Source of the DNA: Chitinophagales bacterium
GTDB lineage: Bacteria > Bacteroidota > Bacteroidia > Chitinophagales > Chitinophagaceae
DNA length: 64,000 nt
Reading direction: 5' to 3'
Assembly (NCBI GenBank): GCA_031424995.1
Contig: JANPIP010000041.1
Location: 1,077-65,076 of the forward strand
Shown here: positions 21,142-30,670 of the stretch, piece after piece
How the letters are laid out: the number at the start of each line of letters is the position of its first letter
How positions within the stretch are numbered: position 1 is the stretch's first letter
The notes under the pieces: model-generated
What the model was told of the DNA's origin: nothing
Seen by the model: the letters and a program-made list of their open reading frames with translations, nothing else
Databases searched by the model: none
Position numbers and translations under genes: made by a program

Positions 21142-21217
21142 AAGTTAGCTGCTTTTTAGTATTAAACGTCTTGCTTAATAGTATACAATGTTGGTGTCTT
21201 TTCTGCCATTTTTATAC

Positions 21218-21628
21218 TCAATCTAAAAATCTTTTTTTTAAACCTGCTGACGGAAGCCAGCAGGTTTCTTTTTTGCCAAACCATTTGTAGCGGTAGCGTG
21301 CAATGAAATTATAAACCCAATCACGAAAAAATTTGGGAAAAACAATCAAACCATATAACCAGCCCCAGCCGCCTGATAAATATTTTGCTACCCGCAAAGC
21401 AGCGGTAGACTTCTGGTAGACTTTTCCATTTTCAAGTAATATAAACGAATTAAAAACCTGTACAGAAAGTTGTTGTTCATGTAATATTTTTTGTCCAAAT
21501 GCACTTTGTAAAGAGGCAAATAAAAAGCGTTCTTCTCTATCATGCTTTATTACAAGCTGTACGGCTCCGTTGCAAAGGTTGCAAACCCCATCAAATAAAA
21601 TTATCGGCTGATTATATTCAGTTGCCAT
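21218..21628 (-). CDS. DCC-family thiol-disulfide oxidoreductase (DUF393)
   Basis: FDGVCNLCNGAVQLVIKHD signature. The start is taken at MATEYNQ (21628). Confidence 0.75.
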   Translation of the reverse strand: MATEYNQPIILFDGVCNLCNGAVQLVIKHDREERFLFASLQSAFGQKILHEQQLSVQVFNSFILLENGKVYQKSTAALRVAKYLSGGWGWLYGLIVFPKFFRDWVYNFIARYRYKWFGKKETCWLPSAGLKKRFLD

Positions 21629-21727
21629 GTTGCAAAAATACCTTATCAGCACTATTAATTCTCTTTAAACAAACCTGCTTTTCATTTCCTGTTGTAATAT
21701 TCTCAAGCTAATAAACACTGTAACTAT

Positions 21728-21933
21728 TTGCAACAATATTTTTTGCAACATATTTTTTGTTGCAACAGAAATAGTTGCAGGAATGCAACAATATTTTTTG
21801 CAACCATTTTTTTTGTTGCAATTAAAATTGTTCTAAAAATGTAACAATTTTTGTTGTAACAATTTTATTCGTTACAGTTTAACTTGTTACAAACTTGTAA
21901 CAAATTTTAATCTCAACCATTATCTTGTTACAA
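21728..21933. repeat. Array of ~13 TTGCAAC/TTGTAAC motifs (three ~55-bp units) upstream of the DCC gene
   Basis: A 21-nt identical stretch, TGCAACAATATTTTTTGCAAC, occurs at 21729 and 21784. TGTTGCAACA is a palindrome at 21758-21767. TTGTTACAA-AC-TTGTAACAA is an inverted repeat at 21884-21903. Confidence 0.8.
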
Positions 21934-22163
21934 ACCCCTCAATAAAAAAGGGTAAGCATGAAACCCTGTTTTAGTGAGATGTTGTTGAGTTGAATGTTAG
22001 ATGCCACATTGTTCTAAATGTAGGCAATGGCTTTGTTTATGCTTTCAAGAAATGCATGTTTGGTGTCTGTTCTCATACTGCAAAAATATCATCGCACTTA
22101 TATTTTGGTTTGATGTTTCTTGCTCATTTTTACTCGTTTTCTGCAACACAAGCAACCTAAACA

Positions 22164-22892
22164 TTAACTGCTTGTTTTATCTGTAAATGTAATGTAGCTG
22201 TCTTGGTCAAAGTTTTTAAAATAAAAAATTTCGAATACAATTTTTGATAAAATTATTTTCACTTTATTTAAAATAACTTCTTTATTGCCAGTAATAATCA
22301 GGGTAAGTGTATTTTCATTTTCAGCTAAGTAAAAGCCCAGGTTTTTAAAAGAGCTTATATTTTCATCGTTAAGTATCCATTTTTTGGTATGCTGTTTAAC
22401 ATAAGGCAACGTTACTTTTAGTACATTTTTTGAATAGCTAAACCTTATGAGTAAATTGTCTGTCTTTTTAAGAATCAGCTTTAGATTTTTATTTTTTTTA
22501 TCTACCAGCTTTTTAAGAGTCTCGTCCAGCAAAGTTTCAGTACCAGCAAGTGTTTCCTGTTTTGTAATTTGATTTATCTTCTCCAATTCTTCCTTGGTAC
22601 GCATAAGTTCCTTCATGTACCATTCTTTCATATAGTCAGAGCTTTCAGTATCTATACTGTTTTGTAAATTGTCAATTCTCCTTTGTTTAAAATTTTTCTC
22701 ATCAAATAGGTTGTCGTCAATATTTTTTAAAGTCCACAATCTGCTATTTAACTGATTTAAACATTGTGCGTGGTAATGAGCCATTAAATACTCAGTTTCA
22801 GCTATACATCCATTAATAAGTTTTTGAAGTCTAACCTTTTCTTCTTCATAAAAGGAAATTAAAAGTTTAAGTTGATTATCCACTGTGGTCAT
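22164..22892 (-). CDS. Hypothetical coiled-coil protein (orphan, AT-rich)
   Basis: A 242-aa ORF with a K/E/L/N-rich N-terminal half and no recognisable motif. Confidence 0.45.
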   Translation of the reverse strand: MTTVDNQLKLLISFYEEEKVRLQKLINGCIAETEYLMAHYHAQCLNQLNSRLWTLKNIDDNLFDEKNFKQRRIDNLQNSIDTESSDYMKEWYMKELMRTKEELEKINQITKQETLAGTETLLDETLKKLVDKKNKNLKLILKKTDNLLIRFSYSKNVLKVTLPYVKQHTKKWILNDENISSFKNLGFYLAENENTLTLIITGNKEVILNKVKIILSKIVFEIFYFKNFDQDSYITFTDKTSS

Positions 22893-23327
22893 TTAAGCTT
22901 GCAACAAAATATCTGGTATTAGCAAAGGGCTGAAAATAGCTTTTACCCAGCATGCCTAACCTATAATGAAAATAGTAATAAACGTTGATGATTTGCAATC
23001 AGCTTAAAATTACCCGCGTTGCTTAAATAAATGCAAGCCCTGTATGAAATGTTTAATTACGGTTTTTGTTTACCAGTTTCATTTCTATCAAAGAGATATT
23101 GAAATTAAAGAGCGGGGGCTGGTCAATTCCCCAGTAGTGCTTTTTCTACAAAATGCTGCAATGCACTACTACATTACCATCAATAAAGTTCTATAAGCCT
23201 TGCCTTAAAGCATTGATAGTTTTGTAATTGTAGTAGTAGGAAATGTATTCGTAATATTTTCTCACAGCTTTCGCTGGCTACGCAAAAGCACTTCAACCAA
23301 CTTCAAAAAAATGCTTATCATAACCCA

Positions 23328-25151
23328 TTGTTCATTGTAAATGCCCTTACTATGCTACTAACCAGGCTGGTTTTTTTAAAACAATCTTTACTCGTTGCCA
23401 CATTACCTGTAGAGTGGTGGCTGGCTGTAATTGTACTGTTGGCAGCATTACTGCTAATATGCTGTTACCATTATTTTATGGTGCAACAGTTTAAAAATAT
23501 AAAGGCTGATTTTTTCAGGCAACTGCATGACCGTAATGAGCTGGTTGCACGTGCTGAACGAAGTGAAGAAAATGCAAAAAATGCCGCCGATATGGCCATT
23601 AACAGCAGGGGAGAACTGCTGACGAAGATAAGCCACGAAGTACGTACCCCACTTAACGCAATGATGGGAATGGCCTCGCTGCTGAATGAAACCATGCAGG
23701 ATGGCGAACAACAGGAATATACGGGCACAATTGTAAAATCGGGTGAAAGCATGCTGGCCCTGATTAATGAAGTACTGCTGAATGATGTACTGGAATTTTC
23801 AAAGGCAGAAGCTGGCAAACAGTTGTACCCCTGTAAGTTTAACCTTACCAGTGCGGTTGAAGATGTACTTGACGTATTTGCAGTAAAGGTTACGCAAAAG
23901 CCAAAATTAGAGTTGCTGTATTATATTGATGATACTATACCTGCACAAGTTGCGGCTGATAACCACAGGCTAAGACAGGTATTAATGAACCTTGTAGAAA
24001 ATGCAGTAAACCATACAGAAGAAGGCGAAGTTTTTATTGGATTGCATTTGCTTGAAAGGGATGATAATAACAGGATAAAACTTGAGTTTGAAATTAGTGA
24101 TACAGGTTCAGGGATGGTTACTGAAAAAGCTGCGCAGTTGTTAAGGGATATATCGCAGAACGGGGTTGACAATAATGAAATATGCGGCCTTGGGCTTACA
24201 GTTTGTAAAAAAATCGTACAGATGATGGGTGGCACCATGTATTTTAAAAGTGAAGAGGGGCATGGCACTGATTTCCGCTTTACTATGTGGGCCGATGTGG
24301 TGCAGCAGGATAACGAATTAAGGGATAAGCTGCCACAGCAAATGATTAATGAAGGCGTAAAAGCATTGATCGTAGACGAAAACAAAACCGCTGCATTCTG
24401 CCTGAAGAAACGGTTGGAAAGATGGGGCGTGAAAGTGCTGACGGCTGAAAATGGCAAAAGAGCGCTTGAGTTGCTTGAACAGGATGAAACTGTTGATATT
24501 GTACTCACCAGTAAGAATATGGCGATAATGAGCGGTATAGAAATGGCCCGCTGGATGAGGCAATACGGCCCCAGCCTGCCCATAATACTGCTGAATAAAA
24601 CAGGTGATGAATCGTATATGCAGCACAGCGGTTTGTTTACTGCCGTGATAAATAAGCCAGTAAGGCAACATATACTTGCTTCGCAATTGATAGCTGCTTT
24701 ACGGCATAAAAATGAAATGCTGGTAAGAACAATCAATAAGCAAAAACTGTCAGTTGATTTTGCCAGGAAAAATCCACTAAGAATACTGGTAGCAGAAGAT
24801 AATACCGTTAACCAGTTGCTGGTTGCTAAAATACTCAATAAGCTGGGCTATCAACCACATATCAGTAATAATGGAAAAGAAGTACTGGAAGAAGTAAAAC
24901 ACAATCACTACGACCTGATACTGATGGATGTGCAGATGCCTGAAATGGACGGTCTTGAGGCTACGCAGATGATACGTCTTTGCGTTAGTACGCAGCCCAT
25001 AATTATTGCAATGACGGCCAATAGCCTGCAGGGCGACAGGGAAGCATGTTTAAAAGCTGGCATGGATGACTACCTGAGCAAACCCGTAAAGCTTGACGAA
25101 CTGGTGAACGTGCTGGAAAAATGGGCCATACAGATAAGAGCAATGCACTAA
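23328..25151 (+). CDS. Hybrid sensor histidine kinase with two receiver domains
   Basis: N-terminal transmembrane segment, H-box SHEVRTPLNAMMG, HATPase (DTGSGM, GLGLTVC), and two REC domains (the second with DLILMDVQMPEMDG). The exact start is uncertain. Confidence 0.85.
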   Translation: MFIVNALTMLLTRLVFLKQSLLVATLPVEWWLAVIVLLAALLLICCYHYFMVQQFKNIKADFFRQLHDRNELVARAERSEENAKNAADMAINSRGELLTKISHEVRTPLNAMMGMASLLNETMQDGEQQEYTGTIVKSGESMLALINEVLLNDVLEFSKAEAGKQLYPCKFNLTSAVEDVLDVFAVKVTQKPKLELLYYIDDTIPAQVAADNHRLRQVLMNLVENAVNHTEEGEVFIGLHLLERDDNNRIKLEFEISDTGSGMVTEKAAQLLRDISQNGVDNNEICGLGLTVCKKIVQMMGGTMYFKSEEGHGTDFRFTMWADVVQQDNELRDKLPQQMINEGVKALIVDENKTAAFCLKKRLERWGVKVLTAENGKRALELLEQDETVDIVLTSKNMAIMSGIEMARWMRQYGPSLPIILLNKTGDESYMQHSGLFTAVINKPVRQHILASQLIAALRHKNEMLVRTINKQKLSVDFARKNPLRILVAEDNTVNQLLVAKILNKLGYQPHISNNGKEVLEEVKHNHYDLILMDVQMPEMDGLEATQMIRLCVSTQPIIIAMTANSLQGDREACLKAGMDDYLSKPVKLDELVNVLEKWAIQIRAMH

Positions 25152-25580
25152 TGTCTACAATTACTATAGGTGTTCTATACGTCCTGTTAAGTGACCCACC
25201 ATTTTAGAAAAATATCAATAATGTAAATTTATGCTGTTACGTAAGCAAGTTGAATCTACAACCTTTTTTACTTTTGTCCTCAATAAAGCCATCTGCGAGT
25301 TTGAGATATTTCCTCTTTAATTTTTTTAGTAGTAATTTAAAAGATATGATGTTCTAAGCTATATCAATCATCAAACCAAAATGTGTTTTTATTTGTGTAA
25401 TTTATTCTCTATAACTCGTCTTTATCTTCTACAGTTGATGTAAAACTGCTTTTTTCAGGCTCTTCTTCTTTACTTTTTTCTATGTAAAAAATCATACTGT
25501 GTAAATAATAGCATCTAATAGCAAGGGGCATGATTTTGATGTGGCTTCCCAAAATCATTTTCCATCTAAAAAAAGCTATT

Positions 25581-26651
25581 ATGTTTTACCACGTAAAAGA
25601 ATTACAGTTCAATGCAAGGGTCTCAAAACCAGATCCAGCTTTTGCTACTTTATTATTAGAGCAGTTTGGTGGTGCCAATGGCGAGTTGGCAGCAGCACTA
25701 CGTTATTTTGGCCAAGCCTTCGGAGCTAAAAATCCGTATCCTGACAAGTATGATCTTTTAATGGACATTGCTACTGAAGAGTTTAGTCACCTTGAAATTG
25801 TAGGTGCTACCATTCAAATGTTGTTAACTGGTGTTAATGGCGATCTAAAAAATGCAGCCGATAATTCTGAAATCATGCAATTACTTGATGGCAAAGCCGC
25901 CAAGGAGCAAATGATTCACCAGGGTATGACGGCACCGCAATTTTTTGTTGGTACTGCAGGTGGCCCAGCTTATACCAACAGCCAGGGAGTACCATGGACA
26001 GCGGCCTACATTAATGGTGATGTTCAGGGTGATCTTACCGCTGATCTTCGTTCAAATATTGGTGCTGAAACAAGGGCTAAAATGGTGTATGAGTACCTAC
26101 TTCAATTCACGGATGATCCTTATGTAAAAGAAACGCTTCGTTTTCTTATGGCAAGGGAAGTAGCTCACTTTCAAATGTTTGAGGCGGCACTTGCTACCAT
26201 TGAACCAAACTTTCCACCAGGTATTTTGCAAAGCGATCCACGTTATAGCAATTTATACTTCAACATGTCAAGCGGCAACGATTTTCGTGGCCCATGGAAC
26301 GAAGGCACGAGCACACAGTTAGGTGAAACTTTCCAGTTTATTGAAGACCCAATTAAACATGTTATAGAAACCAATGGCCTGTTAAACCAGGAGGCAGCAG
26401 GTACTGACAGAACAGAAGAAGAAGTACAGGCATTGAATAAAGAAATGAGTGCTATAAGAAGTGAAGAGGTAATTTCTGCCAACTCAATGGGCGAACAGGC
26501 ATGGAATGACCCTGAGGCAGATATGGAAAATGCGGCGGGTGTATTCTCAAAAAATGCCGTATCTGTTAAGGGAGGTGATTCTAATGTAACAGCCAAAGAA
26601 GCGGGGCAAAAAAAATTAACTGAAAGTGCAAAATCAAAAAATAAAAAATAG
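25581..26651 (+). CDS. Manganese catalase family protein
   Basis: MFYHVKELQF...LLEQFGGANGELAAALRYFGQAF...EEFSHLE is the di-Mn catalase signature. It has a long acidic/basic C-terminal extension. Confidence 0.8.
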   Translation: MFYHVKELQFNARVSKPDPAFATLLLEQFGGANGELAAALRYFGQAFGAKNPYPDKYDLLMDIATEEFSHLEIVGATIQMLLTGVNGDLKNAADNSEIMQLLDGKAAKEQMIHQGMTAPQFFVGTAGGPAYTNSQGVPWTAAYINGDVQGDLTADLRSNIGAETRAKMVYEYLLQFTDDPYVKETLRFLMAREVAHFQMFEAALATIEPNFPPGILQSDPRYSNLYFNMSSGNDFRGPWNEGTSTQLGETFQFIEDPIKHVIETNGLLNQEAAGTDRTEEEVQALNKEMSAIRSEEVISANSMGEQAWNDPEADMENAAGVFSKNAVSVKGGDSNVTAKEAGQKKLTESAKSKNKK

Positions 26652-27342
26652 TACCAGTACAGTAATTCATCAGGCGGCGGATCAACGTATTGACATAACG
26701 TACTATACAGATCCGCTTTGTTGCTGGAGCTGGGCTTTTGAGCCAGAGCTGGATAAAATTAAAATGTTACTTGGTAATAATGCCACCCTGCAATACCGCA
26801 TGGGTGGCCTTTTGCCTTCCTGGACTAATTTTCATGATCCCATAAATTCAGTAAGCAGGCCCGCCCAAATGGGGCCAGTATGGATGCACGCAGGCCAGGT
26901 ATCCAATCGCCCTATAACCCACCAGTTATGGATAAAAGATCCCCCTGCTTCTTCTTATCCCGCATGTATTGCGGTTAAATGTGCACAGTTACAATCATCC
27001 GCCGCAGGCGAAAAATATTTGCGGTTGTTACGTACAGCTTGTATGGCTGAAGAAAAGAATATTGCCAAAAAAAATATGCTGCTGCAAGCGGCAGAAGTGC
27101 TTGCAAAAGAAGATACTGATTTTGATCTCCAAAGGTTTAAAACAGACCTTGTAAATGATGCAGGGCTTGAAGCCTTTCGCGAAGATATGCAGCAGGTTCG
27201 CTATCATAATATCAACCGTTTTCCTACGTTGATAATTCGCGCAGCAAATGGCAAAGCTATTCTTGTAAGCGGGTACAGGCAAAGCAGCGATGTGCTTAAT
27301 GCTATTAATGCGCTTTACCCTGAAAAACATGTGGAACTGTAA
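26626..27342 (+). CDS. DsbA-like thioredoxin-fold protein (atypical CCWS motif)
   Basis: ITYYTDPLCCWSWAFEP... at the position of a DsbA CxxC motif. The start is uncertain and the ORF overlaps the catalase 3' end by 26 nt. Confidence 0.6.
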   Translation: MQNQKIKNSTSTVIHQAADQRIDITYYTDPLCCWSWAFEPELDKIKMLLGNNATLQYRMGGLLPSWTNFHDPINSVSRPAQMGPVWMHAGQVSNRPITHQLWIKDPPASSYPACIAVKCAQLQSSAAGEKYLRLLRTACMAEEKNIAKKNMLLQAAEVLAKEDTDFDLQRFKTDLVNDAGLEAFREDMQQVRYHNINRFPTLIIRAANGKAILVSGYRQSSDVLNAINALYPEKHVEL

Positions 27343-27590
27343 AATAGGATGTAAGTTTTTTTCTTTATGGTATGCTGTGGAGAAATGCCTTACCTACAGA
27401 TTATATTGATACTTTATGTTGGTAAACTTATGTGCATTTGCTGTTTATGCACATGTGATTGGAACGGTGTTTGATTACGGGGCTTCAATTTATCTTTAGC
27501 TGGTTGTGATATTAATATCCCATAACAGAAATTTAAACACAACGTTAAGAACATAAATTACATATTTGCCCCAAACGCACAACACATACC

Positions 27591-30500
27591 ATGCACCTGA
27601 AAATTAAAATAATTGCATCCCTCGTTTTTTGTTGTACCCTGTTTTTTGCCAATGCGCAATACACCATGGTTAACAACGATGCCGATGCAAACTACAAACT
27701 GGCGAAAGAATATTTTATTAAAGAACAATACAGCCTCGCTTATCCCATTTTTAAAAATTTGTACAGCAATGGTATTGGTAACAGTAATTATCCAACCACC
27801 GTTCAACTGGAAAGCAAGTACTATTATATTACCTGCGCATTGCGATTAAATGAGGCCACGGCAGAACGTAAAGCCATTGATTTTATTGAGCTGGAACACC
27901 ATGAACCACGTATACAAATGATGGCGTTTCAACTGGGTGAATATTATTACAGGCAAAAGAATTATGCTGATGCCATTACTTATTACACCAAGGCTGGGAT
28001 TGATAATTTAAGTAATAGCGAAGTGGCTGAAATGAAGTTTCACAAAGCTTACGGTTTATTTACTTTACAGAAATTTTTAGAGGCAAAGCCACTGTTCAAC
28101 GCTGTAAGGCAAATACCTACTGATCCTAATTATATTGATGCCAATTACTACTACGGCTTTATTAGCTTTTACGAGAAAAATTACAGCGAGGCTTTGGCTG
28201 CTTTTACCATTACAGAAAATAGCCCCAGCTACGCAAACGTAGTACCGTTCTACATTGCAGAGATTTACTACTTTAACAACAGCCGTGATAAAGCACTTGA
28301 TTACAGTGAGAAATTAATTAAAAAAGGTGGTCAATATTATGAGTTACAATTAAAGCAACTGGCAGGCCATTTATATTTTGATAAGAGGCAGTTTAGCAAG
28401 GCGCAGCCCTACCTTGAAGAATATGTGCGCAAGACAGAAAAGGTAAGCCGTGAAGATTTGTATGAGTTGAGTTATACTTACTACGAAGCTGGTCAATGGA
28501 AAAAAAGTATTGAGGGCTTTAAACAGCTTGGTGGCAAGGAAGATTCGCTGGCGCAGAATAGTATGTACCTTTTGGCAGATGCTTATTTAAAAACCGGGCA
28601 AAAGGTAAATGCACGCAATGCGTTTCTTTTCTGCGCAAGCAATAACAGCAATGCAGGGCAAAAAGAAATATCTACGTTTAGCTATGCAAAGCTGTCTTAT
28701 GAGCTAGGCTATTTAGATATTGCTTTAAAAGAACTACAGCAGTTTTTAATAGATTATCCTAACAGTAAAAGCACACAGGAAGCCAAGGAACTGCTGGTTG
28801 GTGTACTTGCCAATACCAGCAATTATAAAGATGCACTGGTTATGTTTGAAAGCCTGAAAGCGCAGAGTGAAACAGTAAAGAAAATCTATCCCAAAATATT
28901 ATTTGGCCGTGCAGTTGAACTGATCAATGATCAGCAGATTGAGAAGGCAGATCCGTTGTTGAGTCGTGTACTTACACTGCCTTACAATACAGCGCAGTTG
29001 CCGCTTACCTACTTTTGGAAAGGTGAGATTGCTTACCGTACAGGCAGTCTTGATGATGCGATAACTTATCTTACCAATTACCTTAAAGCACCGCAAATCA
29101 ATGGTGAAGTAAATGTAACAAACGCACGTTATGACCTTGGTTATTGCCTGTTAAAGCGTGGGGATTATTCAGCCGCCAATGGTTATTTTCAGCAGGTGAC
29201 AAGTAGCGTGTCTTCAGCATCTTCAGCAATTGCGCAGGATGCTTATATACGCAGTGCTGATTGTTACTTTATGAACAAGCAGTTTAAGCAGGCGGCTAAA
29301 ATGTATGAAGAAGTACTTGCCCTGAATTTGAAGAGTGCTGATTATGCCTTGTACCAAAAAGCAGTGATTGCAGGTGCATCCAACAAAGGCACAGAGAAGA
29401 TTGCTTTAATGCAGCAACTGATACAGCGTTATCCTAATTCAAGCTTAAACGCTGATGCCAATCTTGAAATAGCCAACACTTACCTGGCAGACGAAAAATT
29501 TGATGCTGCCCTGACGCCGTTGCAAGCTATTTTGAAAGATAAAAAAGCGAACGCTTTATGGCCACAAGCGTATCTAAAAACAGGTGTTGCTTATTTTAAT
29601 ACTGATAAAAATGAAGCTGCCCTTGTAAACTTTACCCAGTTGGTAAAGCAATATCCCAATGCGCCTGAAAGTGATGAAGCCATCGAATATATCAGGAATA
29701 TTTTTGTTGAGAACCAGCGCCCAGCCGAGTTTGTAAACTTCATGAAAACGAACGGTAAAGACATTACTACCACTGAAGAAGACAGTCTTACTTACCGTTC
29801 TGCCATGCTGCGTTACGATGCAAAAGATATGGCATCTGCCAAAACTGGTTTTGCAGATTATGTTTCAAGGTTTCCTGATGGCAAGTACAATATAGAAGGC
29901 AATTATTTTGTGGCAGAAATAAATATTAGCAATAAAGATTTTAATGCAGCATTACCTTACTATAATGCTGTTGCAGCAAAGGCACCCAACAAGTATGCAG
30001 AGCGTGCTACATTACAAAGTGCCAGGATTTATTATTTTGATTTGAAGGATTATGTAAATGCACAGAAATATTTCGCGCAGCTAAAAACCATTGCTACCCA
30101 GCAGGAGAATAAGCTGGAAGCCATGCGTGGCCTGCTTCGTTGCCAGTATAAATCACAACAATACAAAGAAGCTGTTGCCAATGCACAGGATATTTTGCAG
30201 GAAAAAGGTGCAGCTACAGATGATAAAATGATGGCCAATATGGTAGTTGCAAAAAGTGCGCAGGCAGATAATCAATTGCCAGAAGCTTCTTCTGCTTACA
30301 AGGCTGTTGTTGGTTTGGGTAAGAGTGAATACAGTGCAGAAGCGCACTACCGTTTGGCAGAAATACTCTTCCTTCAAAACAAAAGCAGCGAAGCTGAAAA
30401 GGCGGCTTTTGATGTAATTAAGAAAGCTGGTTCTTACGAATATTGGGTTACCAAAAGCTATATTTTGTTGGGTGATATTTATTTTAAATCGAAGGATTTG

Positions 30501-30635
30501 TTTAATGCAGAAGCCACGTTTAAAAGCGTATCTGAAAATACCATCATTGCTGATTTGAAAGACGAAGCCATTAAAAAACTGGCACAGGTAGTGGAAGAAA
30601 AAGAAAAAACTAATAAAGTAGAAACCCCGCAATAA
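27591..30635 (+). CDS. Large secreted tetratricopeptide-repeat protein
   Basis: 1014 aa with a signal peptide and many A-x-Y-x-L-A/G TPR-like 34-aa repeats (for example YYLADAYLKTGQ and YRLAEILFLQNK). Confidence 0.75.
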   Translation: MHLKIKIIASLVFCCTLFFANAQYTMVNNDADANYKLAKEYFIKEQYSLAYPIFKNLYSNGIGNSNYPTTVQLESKYYYITCALRLNEATAERKAIDFIELEHHEPRIQMMAFQLGEYYYRQKNYADAITYYTKAGIDNLSNSEVAEMKFHKAYGLFTLQKFLEAKPLFNAVRQIPTDPNYIDANYYYGFISFYEKNYSEALAAFTITENSPSYANVVPFYIAEIYYFNNSRDKALDYSEKLIKKGGQYYELQLKQLAGHLYFDKRQFSKAQPYLEEYVRKTEKVSREDLYELSYTYYEAGQWKKSIEGFKQLGGKEDSLAQNSMYLLADAYLKTGQKVNARNAFLFCASNNSNAGQKEISTFSYAKLSYELGYLDIALKELQQFLIDYPNSKSTQEAKELLVGVLANTSNYKDALVMFESLKAQSETVKKIYPKILFGRAVELINDQQIEKADPLLSRVLTLPYNTAQLPLTYFWKGEIAYRTGSLDDAITYLTNYLKAPQINGEVNVTNARYDLGYCLLKRGDYSAANGYFQQVTSSVSSASSAIAQDAYIRSADCYFMNKQFKQAAKMYEEVLALNLKSADYALYQKAVIAGASNKGTEKIALMQQLIQRYPNSSLNADANLEIANTYLADEKFDAALTPLQAILKDKKANALWPQAYLKTGVAYFNTDKNEAALVNFTQLVKQYPNAPESDEAIEYIRNIFVENQRPAEFVNFMKTNGKDITTTEEDSLTYRSAMLRYDAKDMASAKTGFADYVSRFPDGKYNIEGNYFVAEINISNKDFNAALPYYNAVAAKAPNKYAERATLQSARIYYFDLKDYVNAQKYFAQLKTIATQQENKLEAMRGLLRCQYKSQQYKEAVANAQDILQEKGAATDDKMMANMVVAKSAQADNQLPEASSAYKAVVGLGKSEYSAEAHYRLAEILFLQNKSSEAEKAAFDVIKKAGSYEYWVTKSYILLGDIYFKSKDLFNAEATFKSVSENTIIADLKDEAIKKLAQVVEEKEKTNKVETPQ

Positions 30636-30670
30636 AGCTGACATTTCTTAACAAGCCATTCGTTATTATC

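Noticed and set aside
23921-24838. A long 305-aa antisense ORF inside the hybrid histidine kinase gene. Similar antisense ORFs occur at 17772-18137, 18530-19066, 10643-11053 and 30153-30644.
   Set aside because: These are mirror-frame ORFs opposite strongly supported genes. They have Ser/Cys/Leu-rich low-complexity translations and no motifs, which is typical of shadow ORFs.
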